The notes beneath the pieces are model-generated. The model was not told where the DNA came from. It saw nothing but the letters and a program-made list of their open reading frames with translations, and searched no databases. A program made the translations under genes and the position numbers. A stretch of DNA of 64,000 nt from the human T2T-CHM13v2.0 reference genome, Homo sapiens, in NCBI RefSeq assembly GCF_009914755.1, contig NC_060931.1. One strand, written 5' to 3'. Positions 32,290 to 45,410 of this stretch are shown one piece after another (the stretch's first letter is position 1; every line of letters starts with the position of its first letter).

Positions 32290-32470
32290 TATGAAATTCC
32301 TACTCTCTAGCCCCTCTTACTACACATGCAACTATGGACAAGCAATTTAACCACTGTGAACTTTAGTTTTCTTACCTGTAAACAATGAAGGTGATGATCA
32401 TGCCTATTTCATGGAGTAGTTCTTGGAGTTAAATAAAATAATCTGTGTGAAAATTCTAGCATAATGTCTC
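32290..32470. mobile_element. MIR SINE
   Basis: GGACAAGCAATTTAACCACTGTGAACTTTAGTTTTCTTACCTGTAAA core-like sequence. Confidence 0.6.
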
Positions 32471-32539
32471 CTCCATAGAAAGGACTCTCTGCAATCACAT
32501 TTCATTTTTTTGAAAAAAAAAAAAAAAAAAAAAAAAAAG

Positions 32540-32676
32540 CATTGAGTATGTAGAAGCCAGGAATGCTGCTAAACATCTACAATGCACAAGACAGCATCTA
32601 CGAAACCACCCCTGCCACAATATAGAAGTTTCTGGCCTAAAATGTCAATACCATCACTGTTTAGAAATTCTGGTTT
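32540..32676. mobile_element. MER20 fragment next to an A26 tract
   Basis: GTAGAAGCCAGGAATGCTGCTAAACATC...GGCCTAAAATGTCAATA. Confidence 0.65.
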
Positions 32677-33496
32677 AATCTATACACTTTAGCAGAGTAT
32701 AATTTTCTCTGCAGAAAAATATTTATAATTTTATTATGTAATTTGGAAACTACAAATAGAAATTCTTCTGTGATTTGTAGAAAACTTTTATTAACTAATA
32801 ATATCTAAAGAAATAAAAAATAATGATGTTTGTATCTCTGTTTAAGCCTTGAGTAATCAACAAACCCCTCAGAAATGCACAAAACTTCAATTTTTTTAGT
32901 CTCTTAAATAGACAATTAGGGTCTTAAAATTGTTGATATAAATGGCGATTTATTGTTTTACATCTCAATTTCTTTCTTAGACTGTTACTCACTTCAAAAG
33001 AAACGGACTGCTACAGTGGTACTTACGTCACCAGGTAAAAACTTAGATAAAATAATTATAAAACTAACCTTTAGTAACAAATAGAATCCAATAATAACAC
33101 TACTATCCAAAAGAAAAGTATTTAATGGTCACAATTTCAGGTCTGCATTTCAAACTGTTTTTCCTGAATCTTTTATTCTTCCTTTTCTGTGACAGTCTTA
33201 CTAATGCATCAGCACAAAATAATTAACTGTTTTGCAATCCAAGGAACACATTATGATCAATTGGGGAAATATAAAACTACCCACCGTGAGATCCCACCCA
33301 CTAACAATGAAATCTGAATAACTTTGTGAAATGTCTAATATCAGAGTTTTTTTTAGGTCCCCCCCCAGGTGATTCTCAAATGTTCTGTGATTGAGAACCT
33401 ACAGGGCAAGTAGGTCTTATTATCTGCTTTATGCAAAGGATCAGTAAATTAGTATGGAAACAGTAGTTTCATTGGCTAATGCCCATTCTTACAGTA

Positions 33497-34016
33497 ATCA
33501 AAGCAAAAATTGCACCAAAGTTAAACAAGCAGGGAAGATTTTATTGAAGGCTATGCAATAGGGGAGAGAGACAAAAATGCAGTCAAAACTCCACTAAACA
33601 AAAAGCAGAACAGATTGTAAGGGCTGGGGCAGGAAGATCTTAGGCCTTACCCAACAGAGAGTAAGCTGTCTCTTACCTCCATGACAGAATGTAATTTCAC
33701 ACTTTGGAACAAAGGGTCCACCTTAGATTCCTACTCTCTCATAGAGACTGTAAGATAGAGGTGGTATCTCCTTTAGCATTTACATTTTAAAGTTTCAAAG
33801 AAATGGCTACACTAGTAGGTCCTTGAGAATGACACTGTTGGGTCGTAAAACTGTCAAGAAGCTTTTAAAACGATTTATACCTGAAAAGGGCATAGAAAGC
33901 ATTTACAAGTTTTATGAAGTAAATAGTCTAAGGAAAAGGAGGTCAGACTCTTGAATCAGAAAGAAGGCTGCCTAAAGTTTAGCCATGCTGAGGGTAATAT
34001 TAAGGCCTCCTTAGAC
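33497..34016 (-). mobile_element. MER67/MER31-like ERV1 LTR
   Basis: CAAAGCAAAAATTGCACC...GAAGATTTTATTGAAGGCTATGCAATAGGGG is the reverse complement of the 3' end seen at 15490-15558. Confidence 0.55.
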
Positions 34017-36552
34017 AGAGATAATGAGGTGTTTTGTTTTTTTGTTTTGTTTTCTCTTAGAAAGGGTTCTCTCAAATTTTGCTTCACCTTATATATACCT
34101 GTAAGTTTTATAAAAATACTGATATCTGGTCCGTGCTTGGGTGCTTTACCCTATTGTTGATTTCATAGACTTTTGACTTCTTAAAGTTAAAAAAAGTACA
34201 TATTTTATATAGTTATAATATACTACATATATAGTATATATTATATATTGTATATATGTATATATACTATATATGGAATATATGTATGTATATGGAACAT
34301 GTATTATGTAATATGTATATATGTATATGTAAGATGTATATGTATATAATGTATATATTGTATATATAGTGTATATAATATATACTATATATACACTAAA
34401 TATATTTATACTATACACATATATAAATATATATGATATATATTTCTATATAACATATATAATATATATTTCTATATAATATATATTTATATTATATATT
34501 ATATATTTCTATATAATATATATTATATATTTCTATATAATATATATTATATATTTCTATATAATATATATTATATATTTCTGTAATATATATAATTATA
34601 TATTGTAAAATATATAGATTATACATATCTATAAGTTATATATTTCTATATTATATATATTTATATCTATATATTATATCTATGTTATATATACTTCTAT
34701 ATATTTCCATATATAATATATATAGAAATATATAATATATATTTTATTTAGAAATATAAAATATATGATATTTCTATATAATATATACTATATATTTCTA
34801 TATAATATATACTATATATGATATTTCTATATAATATATACTATATATATTTCTATATAATATATACTATATATGATAGTTCTATATAATATGTACAATA
34901 TATATGATAGTTCCATATAATATATACACTATATATGATAGTTGTATATAATATATCAAATATATAAATTTCTATATAATACATAAAATATATATATTTC
35001 TATATAATGTATAAAATATATATATTTCTATATAATGTATATAATATATATTACATATAAAATATATAAAATATAAAATTAATATATTTATATATTATAT
35101 ATACAATATATTTTTATATTTCTACATATACATATAATATATAAATATAATAAGACATATATAATAAAATATATATAAAAAACTATATATATTTATATTT
35201 TATATATCCTATGTTTAGTCAATATAAATGTATATTTATATTTTAAATATAAATATATACAATATATATTTTATATATAAATATGTAAAATCGTTTTATA
35301 TTTTATATAAATATATCCAATCTTTCTATATATTTATATATAAAATATATAAAAAGTTATATATATTGTATATATTTCTATATAAAATATATAATCTTTT
35401 TATATATTTTATATAAAATATATATAAATATATACATGTTTTATGTATATAAATATGTACAATCTTTTTATATATTTCATATATAAATATATACAATTTA
35501 CATATTTTATATATAAATATATACATATATACATGTATACATATATACTATATATACATATATGTACAGTATATATATACTACATATGTATACACTATAC
35601 ATTTATACATATATGTATACATGTATACGCTATATATGGTGTATACATATACTATATATCGTGTATCCATATGTACTCCATATGTATATACTATACATCT
35701 GTAGTGCATATGTACATATACATATATACATACTTATGTACATATACATAAATACATGTATCTATACTATATACATACATGTATCTATACTATATACATA
35801 TATATGTACATCTATGTATATGTATAGTACATGGATGTATACATAGTATATACATACATATATCCATATGTATTTATATGTGTATATGAACATGTATCGT
35901 ACATACGTACATGTATGTATATAGTATATATGCATATACTCTATACATGTATATAGTATATATGTAAACTATATATGTATATATAGTATAGATACATGTA
36001 TATATGTATACATATATAGTAGATACATATACATATATACATACGTACATGCATGTATATCTGCTATATATGTATGTATATATACATATATAGTACACAT
36101 ACATGTACGTATGTACTATATATACATACATGTACACATACATATGCACATACATATAAATACATATGGATATCTGGATATATGTATGGACATATGTATA
36201 CATACATATACATATATCCATATATATGTATGCACATATGTACACATACATACATATACATATATCCATATATATGTATATATACTATGTATATAGTACA
36301 TGTATGTAGTATACTCATACATACATGTGCGTATATATGTATGTATGTAGTATATATACATGTATGTATATGTATGTACATGTATATGTACATATGCACT
36401 GTATATGTATATTATATACATATATAGTACATGCCTATACTATATATACTATATGTAGTATAGGCATATACTATATATAGTGTATATATATGTATATGTA
36501 GCATAGTTATATACTATATAGTATAGGTATATACATATAGTATAGGTATATA

Positions 36553-36690
36553 CATGTATATATATAGTGTATATACACATGTATATATAGTGTATATACA
36601 CATGTATATATAGTGTATATACACATGTATATATAGTGTATATACACATGTATATATAGTGTATATACACATGTATATATAGTGTATATA
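36553..36690. repeat. 23-bp minisatellite (TATATATAGTGTATATACACATG) x ~6
   Basis: AGTG recurs at 36566, 36589, 36612, 36635, 36658 and 36681. Confidence 0.9.
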
Positions 36691-36926
36691 TACATGCATA
36701 TTTTATACATATATGTATATACACACAATAGATACATATATGTATATACACACAATAGATACATATATACACACAATATATACATATATTGCGTATATAC
36801 AATATATACATATATATTGTATATATATACACTATATATACTGTAAATATACATATATACGTATACATAGATACACATGTATATATGTGTATATATACAT
36901 ATATACATATATGTATATATAGTATA

Positions 36927-37250
36927 TGTATACTATATGCATACTATATAGTATGTATACTATATGCATACTATATAGTATGTATACTATATGCATACTA
37001 TATAGTATGTATACTATATGCATACTATATAGTATGTATACTATATGCATACTATATAGTATGTATACTATATGCATACTATATAGTATGTATACTATAT
37101 GCATACTATATAGTATGTATACTATATGCATACTATATAGTATGTATACTATATGCATACTATATAGTATGTATACTATATGCATACTATATAGTATGTA
37201 TACTATATGCATACTATATAGTATGTATACTATATGCATACTATATAGTA
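36927..37250. repeat. 27-bp minisatellite (TGTATACTATATGCATACTATATAGTA) x 12 perfect copies
   Basis: 324 bp = 12 x 27; appears as (CILYAYYIV)n in the ORF track. Confidence 0.95.
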
Positions 37251-38288
37251 TATGTACATAGTATATATAGTATATGTACATATACTATACATAGTGTATA
37301 CATATATGTATATATTATATATTGTATATATACAATATATACATATATGTTGTGTATATATACAATATATACATATATAGTATATATGTATATATTGTAT
37401 ATATGTATACATATATACATATACATCTCATATAAATATATACATATATGCATGTATATGTATATATACATGCATATATGTATATATTTATATGAGATGT
37501 ATATGTATATATCTCATATAAATATATACATATATGCATGTATATGTATATATACATGCATATATGTATACATATGTATATATAGTATATATACATACGC
37601 TATGTATATAGTGCATACATATGTAGTATATATGTATACATATATGTATATATTTGCACATATTTATATATGTATATATTTGTATATAAAATGTATATCA
37701 ATATTGTATATATTTATATATAAAATATGTAAATTATATATTTATATAGAAAATATATAAAAAGATTTTACATATTTATATACATAAAACATGTATATAT
37801 TTATATACATTTATAGATAAATATATAAAAAGATTATACATTTTATTTATAAATATATACAATATATACAACTTTTTATATATTTCATATATATACAAAG
37901 ATTGTATATATTTGTATTTGAAATATAAATATATATATAGACTAAATATATGATATATAAAATATATAAATTTATAATTATATAATATATAAATATGTAT
38001 ATTTTATTATATATATTTTATTTATTATATATGTCTTATTACATTTATATATTATATATGTATATGTAGAAATATAAAAATGTATATATATGAATATATT
38101 AATTTTTTTTATATTTTATATATATTTATATACTCTACAATACATATATAGCATATATACATGTACGTATGTATATACATGTACATGCATATGTACTATA
38201 TATGTATACATATATACATGTATATATACTGTATATACATATATACATATCTATATACATATATGGTATATATGTGTATATATACATG

Positions 38289-38490
38289 TCACTCCCCATG
38301 GGACTTGAAGGCCAAGAGAACTGATGAGAACATGAAGCTTGTGCTGACCGCCACACTATTGGTAATAAAGTCCTGTGTGTATGGTCCTGGAATCTTGTCT
38401 TTCACTACATCCATAAAACTATAGCAAGCTAACTTACTCGCTTGCAGGTAGGTAGCATAAAAAATCTCAGACCCTTCACGGGTCATGACA
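38289..38490 (+). mobile_element. ERV LTR 3' fragment, family unassigned
   Basis: AATAAAGTCC poly(A) signal and ...AAAATCTCAGACCCTTCACGGGTCATGACA LTR-like terminus. Confidence 0.5.
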
Positions 38491-38858
38491 TTGCATAAAA
38501 GTAGAGAACCTAAGATTTTATCAGAAGCCGTGATACTCAATCAAGATTTAAAGATAACACATTTATAAATAGGTTACAAGTTAATTATCTTTGTCAATAA
38601 TTTTAACTTATGGACTTGATATAAAATACTAATTATTTTTCTTACTTTTATACATTGAAATATAAAGACATTTTAGAAAATTTTAATACTTCTTTATGGG
38701 CTCAGCTTCATTATTAGATTCTGCATTGGTACACTTAAAGCTATTAGTAAAATGCAACCTGATATTTTGACACTGAAATATTAATTTGAAAATATTCAGG
38801 TATTTAACGAACTGTTTGTCATATTGAATTCATTTTATAATTTTTATTAGTAATTATT

Positions 38859-39364
38859 GAACTGACCTAGATGACCTTGGTTATTCCTCTCAACTTGACT
38901 AAAGTTTAGAAAAGCCTTTTCCTGGCAATAGGCCCCTGACTTCCCTTTTCTTACTGCATTTACGTTAGATAATTTGCAGTTGTAAGTTCTTTCTCTGCCT
39001 CTTTGAGATGCAAATCTTCTAGTTTCTTGTCAATTTTACAAACCAGAGATTTCTTTTCACCTGAGAGCCATCCTTTTATAATAAAATTATCAAAAAAGAT
39101 AGAGCCCCTATTCCCTTCTCTGTGACAGGATAGGAGCCTAACTAACTTCAACAAGTGCTGATTAGCAAACACAGAGGACCAACCCTAATCACAATGACCA
39201 ACCCTTCTCCAATGCTCTACAGTACTTTTCCACTAGCTCACGCAGGTGCTTAAGACCTTCCCACCTTTTGTTTCAAGAGAGTCGAGTTTAATTTCTTTAT
39301 CGGTTGTAATAGTCTCGAATAAAGTCTTCCTTGTCTAACTTATCCAGTGTCATTTTTCTTTTAC
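38859..39364 (+). mobile_element. MER67-like ERV1 solo LTR
   Basis: TGAACTG...CAACTTGACTAAAG...GAATAAAGTCTTCCTTG...TTTTACA; homologous to 15050-15558. Confidence 0.6.
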
Positions 39365-41064
39365 AAAACCCAATAAAAATTATTAATATATTTTATAATA
39401 AAATTATTAAAAATTATATATAATTGTAAAGCAATCTTTTTAAAAGGACATTATTTTTTAATTACAGAAAAGTAATGTTAACAGGGAAAAATAATTTTCA
39501 GTTCTGTAATCTATCTTGAGTCTTTAAAAATGTGAGTTGCCACACAAAAATCAACATACAAAGAAAAACAATATCAAAAATAAATTACATATGAAGAAAA
39601 AACTGGTTTAATTTGTTCAAACTTGCAAAGGAGGATTTTGGTTTAGTTTTTCCTGCAGCCCCATTAATAAAACCAAGGAAATCATAGAGAGAGAATTTAA
39701 AGTCTGATTAAAAGATAGGAGGCAAAGAAAAGGAATAATTAGGTAATTCTCAGGACACAATTTTCCAGTGGGGTGCCCAAGGGATCAGCACTACACACTG
39801 CAATTCAATATATCTCTAAAACGTCTGTTACTAGGAGAGACATTTATGCTTTGGTTAGTTGGGACTTTGTAAGATATCTGGAAAGATTTCAAAAAACAAA
39901 ATAATTGGTTTCAGGGTAGCAAATGAAATTCAACCCAAGAGTAAAGTATGTCATATTAAAACGGTCAGCTTAAGCTATTTATACTCACTTGTAAGTTCTA
40001 AATTAGTTGTAACCTCTCAGAAAATTGACCTGAGTCATCTCAGGAATTCTCAATCAAGACATCTCAACGTGAAATAGAGCTCATTTATATTAACAGTCTA
40101 AGTATAAGAGAGTTCATCTTTCACCATGACAGTCATGGCCAAACAACGAGGGACCAGCTGAGTCTGATAGATTAGAGCTGTTGGCAGTCTCCATTCCATT
40201 GCTAACTTGTCGTCTAAATTTGGGAAGCCACTCTAATACTCCTAAAACTCTGCAAAGTAAATCTGACTGCCAAAACATTTCCTAATTAATTAGGAAAATA
40301 ATAATAGCACTAATGATTGGGCAATTAAGATCCCCCAAGACAATTATTTAATATTATTGAAGTCTGAGACCTTCAGCCTTAACAGACAAAAAAAAAAAAC
40401 CATTCAGCCTCTAATCTTGCTTCTTTCTTATCACTTGAATGCCTGTTGATTGAAACAAACTGATTTATATTACAATGGAAAAGGAATGATATAAAAAATT
40501 TAAAAATCTTAAAATTATCAAAGAGGGGTGATCAGGAGTGTTCTGATAAAAAATGTAAAGTTACATTGCTGTTTCAAGGTAAGGAAAGCGCCAGAATGTT
40601 ATGCCTATTTGAAAGAAGACCAGCAGATTCCTATACTCTGGGACTAAATAATTTAACAGAGCAAATATTTCTCTAAATTTAAATTAAGGTTTTCTTATTG
40701 AGGAATGCTGTCTGGATTCTGTCCTAGAACATCAATTCTTGGTCGAAGAGGAAAAGGTACTTTTGTGTGAAAACATGGGATGTTGCCTTTCAAATCTCAT
40801 ACTCATCATTGGAGAAATTCTTTCCATGCTTTTAAATAGAAAGTCATAAGAAACAGGAATAATCCAAGGCCACCCTGACAGTAAAATAACCCCAGCTTTA
40901 TAGGCTTAGTAGCCCTCTCCTTCAACCCCAGATGGAATAGCACATTGGCTATGGGAGCAGAAATATCATTAAAAGTAGCCAGAAGTACAGAAAGTTAGCA
41001 TCAGTTGCTCTATCAATGGTCATGGGGGCAGCAGCTGCTGATTAAAGACACCAGGTACAGAAGC

Positions 41065-41408
41065 AGCTATGTACAGAATGTTCGTGCCTTTCTAAATTCA
41101 TATGTTGAAATCCTACCTTCCAAGGTGATAATATTAGTAGGTAAAATTTTGGGAAGGTGGTTGTGTCATGATGATGGGGTCTCAGGAGTGGGATTAATGC
41201 CCTTATTAAAGAAACCCAAATGAGCTTGTTGCCCTTTCCACCACGTGAGAGAAGTTGCCCTGCGTGAGCCAAAAGTCAGACCCTAACCAGACACCAAATC
41301 TGCCTTGATCTTGGACTTCCCAGCCTCTAGAATTGTGAGAAATTTCTGTTGTTTGTAAGTAATCTAGTTTATAATATTTTATTTTAACAGTCTGCATGTA
41401 CTAAAATG
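41065..41408 (+). mobile_element. MLT1A-like MaLR LTR
   Basis: AAATTCATATGTTGAAATCCTA...CCTTGATCTTGGACTTCCCAGCCTCTAGAATTGTGAGAAATTTCTGTTGTTT. Confidence 0.75.
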
Positions 41409-41692
41409 GAAGCACAGGTGAGTAACAGACTAGCAGGAAAAGAAGAAATGGTGGGGGTCATCTGGGGTTTTGTCAGGAAAAACGAAGTAGCTTGACATGC
41501 CAGTGGTTCTGCAGTGTGGAAGTCCTAACTAAACACAAAATATTTTTTGTGACTTTTGTTCCCAAGTTATAGAAAAAGGATGTTACTGTATAGCTATATT
41601 GTATTGCATTGCATTGCTTCTATAGCTGAATAGTTTAGGCTGAAGAAAGATTCATTATAAATAGTGAATTTCTCTTCAAAATATTGCTTTTA

Positions 41693-41693
<1 letters not shown>

Positions 41694-41747
<54 letters not shown>

Positions 41748-41749
41748 CA
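41694..41749. repeat. (CA)n microsatellite with one interruption
   Basis: Directly visible. Confidence 0.98.
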
Positions 41750-44700
41750 GCTAGATTACCAGGAGTGTTCTTTCTTTCTTTCTTTATTTTACCCGGAGTG
41801 TTTTTTAATCAAATTTTTTGAGTTAGATTTTTTTATTTGACACGTATATTAAGTTTTCAGCGATTCAAATTTTGGTTGTTTCTCTTTCCCTTTATATCAA
41901 CAGAAAGAAACACTTCCACAAAGAATTTGATTTGATGGCATCATGTGGACATAGAACTCTCATAGTAATGACCCAACCTGTGTTTCCAGTCATCCTGATG
42001 AACTCTCAACAAAATCAGATTGTTATACTGTTGTTCTCACTTTACACCGATATTTTCTCTTGCTCCTAAAAAAAGTATCTGGTATTAAATAGAATTCTGT
42101 ATCTTAAAAAACTTGCCATTGAGAAAAATGAGAAGTAACTGTACATTTTAATACTGAAGGTTTTAATAAAAAAAGCAGTGTGAACTATCTGTTCCATTTT
42201 TATTCCTCGTCTACAAAAGACAAAAGTGTCAGTATTGAGACAATTGCTTGATAACAGGGATCACAAATATTGCTCTTCCTGAAATTTTTGCAAACTTGAG
42301 GTTTACTTTCTTTAAGATTTCTGGGCAATTCTGTTAGGATAAAGTGCAAATCCTATAAATGAAAGGGTTACAACTGAGATAATTAAACTGATCATTGGAG
42401 CAAAAATATTTTCCCCTGGAGCAATTACTAAATTAAGGTTTACTTCATTTTGCTTGAAATAGTAAATTTGTTACCTCTCCAGTTTAGTTTATTAGTATAA
42501 ATTAGACATGACATAAATGAGAACTATGTCAAGCTAATGAATTTCATTGGAAGTTGGCTATTGAAAGTTAGAAAGAAATGAAAAATAACTCATAATAAAT
42601 TCATCTAACATGTCTTTTGCCTCCTACTCCGCAACATGGCCTTTGTCTGACATTTCTAGAAGAGCAGGTATTCCAAGTCAGTTAATTTTAGTTAGTGAAA
42701 TTTTTTCTTTCAAGCAGCCAATTATTTTGACAAAAATATATCCATCACTGCCATCAACTGAGGTTAGGAGAAAACTTACTTAAGCACAGTGAAAACAGTG
42801 GATTGAAGACCATGAAAAGCGGGCCCAGGAGGCCCAAGGCATCTAGCGCCAAGAGTAGGGGGAATGTGAAATAAATTTGAGAAAGAACCTCTTGAAACTA
42901 TGTTCCCCTGCTTTCTCAAATGGTATATATTTGATGTAACTTAATCCCTGCACGATTAGAGTCAACACTATAAACAACCGTAAAAACTGCACTGTAATAC
43001 AGTTATACATAGGAGTTTTGCAGTTATGTAAAATACTAAATAAATCATATTCCACCTTTTTAAAATGTATCTATTTTCAGTTGTGTACATTGTTATACTA
43101 GTTTTCTATATCTTCCCTCACCAACAAGTTGTCCACTCTAAATTTGTTCTGCTGACAATATGTTTCTGGCTGTAGCCTACCTAAAGCCTTCTCACGTTTT
43201 GTTTCAAATACAAGCTGAGATATTAGGTAAGTCATAATGACATTAGCTGTGTATTTACTTGCAATAGAAAAAACTTTCACACTTATTCTATATTCTCTTG
43301 TTTTATTCAGATAGCTTTGAGTTGGATTTGTGTTGGTTTATTGAGAAGTAAATGGATTAGTACTTAGAATTCATTAGGACACACTTACAATCATGTCCAA
43401 AGTAACATTAAATAAAGAATAAAAGAAGCTCTCCTTTGAGTTACATGCATGGATTTTAGTACATGAGTTTTGTGGCATCTTTCGGCTAATTCATAGCATG
43501 TTTTTTTTATATTGAAGTTTCCATCCATAGTTTGTAATGGAGGTTATTTTACTATTTATTAATGGTGCTGAGGATTTAAAGGATATATAGAATAAGGGAG
43601 CTTGGAATATTGAGTTCCATTTAAATAATCATAAAAGTAACAGACCATTGGGGGAGATTAAAAGCCAGCCGAACTTGCTTTGAAATGTTCTATTTCTACA
43701 ATATTAGAAATGTTGGATTCTCAAAGACTTGCAACCGTAAATCATATTTCCCAGAAGTAAAGCTTTTTGAGGGTATTCAGGCTGCTAGAAAAACAAACAC
43801 ACATCAAGAGTGGCCTTCAAAAAGACAGAGGAGGGTGTATTGTCAGGGGGCGCAGCAACAGACAGAAGGCAGTTGCCATGTAAGGAAGACACTTCCGTCA
43901 CACCTTCTCAGGGTTTTACTACTGTAATATTGAAATAAATGTGCACTTTTTGTTATCCATTTTGTCTCTCTTTCATCATTATGGAGCCTTGAGATATTTA
44001 GTTTCGTCAGCTGAAAAAACACAGCCTAAGTGAAACCAATCAAAATCAATGTGTTGCTTACTTTTTGTATTTTTCTAAAAAAAAAAGTTATTATTTTGCT
44101 ATCATTCTCAAATCATATTCTAAAATGAGCTGTCAGCCAACACGATTCCCATTTCAAATTTTCTTCTACTCTCCACACTCATGGATTTCCATCAGGGGAA
44201 TATTACTGGTCCTGATTCTGAAAATAACTTCAGCACATCAAAAAATTATCTTAACATTCTCTTCCAAAAAGTGCTACCTCCAAAGTTTCTTTATAAGAGG
44301 GAGTTAAAGTTACAAGCAGGAACATATTTGAGTTGGAGATTCAGGGACTTGTTTTGCAGATGTGCTTGTCCACGAAGCACATATTTTATTATTTACGTAG
44401 CGTGGGGGTGGGTAATGGATGGGAGGAGTGGGGCTTTGGGAAGCATGTTGTTATGAGGGCTAATGGGGAAAGTGAGATTAAGCTCATTTATCTTAAGCTT
44501 GTTCTTGAACCTTTATTGGCTCTAACCTTGGCGAAATCACAACTCTTCATTCTTGTTAATGGTGCCATTGATTTTACATCTCTAAAGCTAGAATCAAAAC
44601 ACTTTTAATTCCTTTTGTATTGCATTTCTCTAAACAGTCCCATTTTCACCCTTGCATAATTCTGCCACTTGACCCTGAAATCCTAATAGCCTCATTGATG

Positions 44701-44959
44701 GCATTTAATGCTCAACTTCCACATATGACCATCAGTAGTCCATGTTGAGAACACACGGAGACAGAGATGTATTTCCAAATTAATTAATTTTAGTTTTTCA
44801 TATCTTTTTGGAATTTCAAAGAGTATACGCTTGGATGTTGAATATATTTGAACTTAACCTCTGAATTTAACACTCAAATAAGTAGGTTAACTTGAAGACA
44901 CCCAACCTACAGAATCAGGTACTGTGAAAATTTTAAAAACAATGCCACAAATTATAAAA

Positions 44960-45380
44960 TTCAGTTTCTTCATACATAATAACATACATAGTTTAGGGGT
45001 GCATGTGATAATTTAATATATTCACTTAATTTGCAAAGATCAAATCAGTGTAATTATATATCCATTACTTTAAATATTTGCCTTTTCTTCTAGAAACATT
45101 TGAATTATTCTCTTCCAGCTATTTTGAAATACATAACAAATTATTGTAAACTATAGTCACCCTGCTGATCTACCAAACACTATGTCTTATTTCTCCTATC
45201 TAACGGTGTACTTCTACCTATTAATCAACCTCTCTCTTCCTTCCCCTCTCCTCATCCTTCCTGGCCTCTGGTAACAACCAATCTATAATCTTCATGAGAT
45301 CCACATTTTTAGCTCCTACATACGAGTGAAAACATGCAATATTTGTCTGTCTGTGCTTGGCTTATTTCACTAAACAAATG
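44960..45380 (-). mobile_element. L1MA-type 3' end fragment
   Basis: CCAGCTATTTTGAAATAC...CTATAGTCACCCTGCTG...GCTTGGCTTATTTCAC. Confidence 0.75.
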
Positions 45381-45410
45381 ATTCAATTAAAAACTTCTTC
45401 CAGGAGTTTC

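Larger units (their letters stand above)
34195..38288. repeat. ~4.1-kb (TA)n-derived low-complexity block with internal minisatellites and inverted repeats
   Basis: Almost entirely TA/TATG/TACA variants; source of the spurious Y/I/C/M-rich ORFs. Confidence 0.97.

Noticed and set aside
32062-32294. Purine-rich short ORFs as a possible exon
   Set aside because: No recognisable homology and no convincing splice-site pair.
32505-32540. A26 tract as another solo poly(A) insertion
   Set aside because: No flanking direct repeats were found.
34146-38424. Many Tyr/Ile/Cys-rich ORFs up to 323 aa
   Set aside because: Artefacts of TA-rich repeats that lack stop codons; they appear in multiple frames on both strands.
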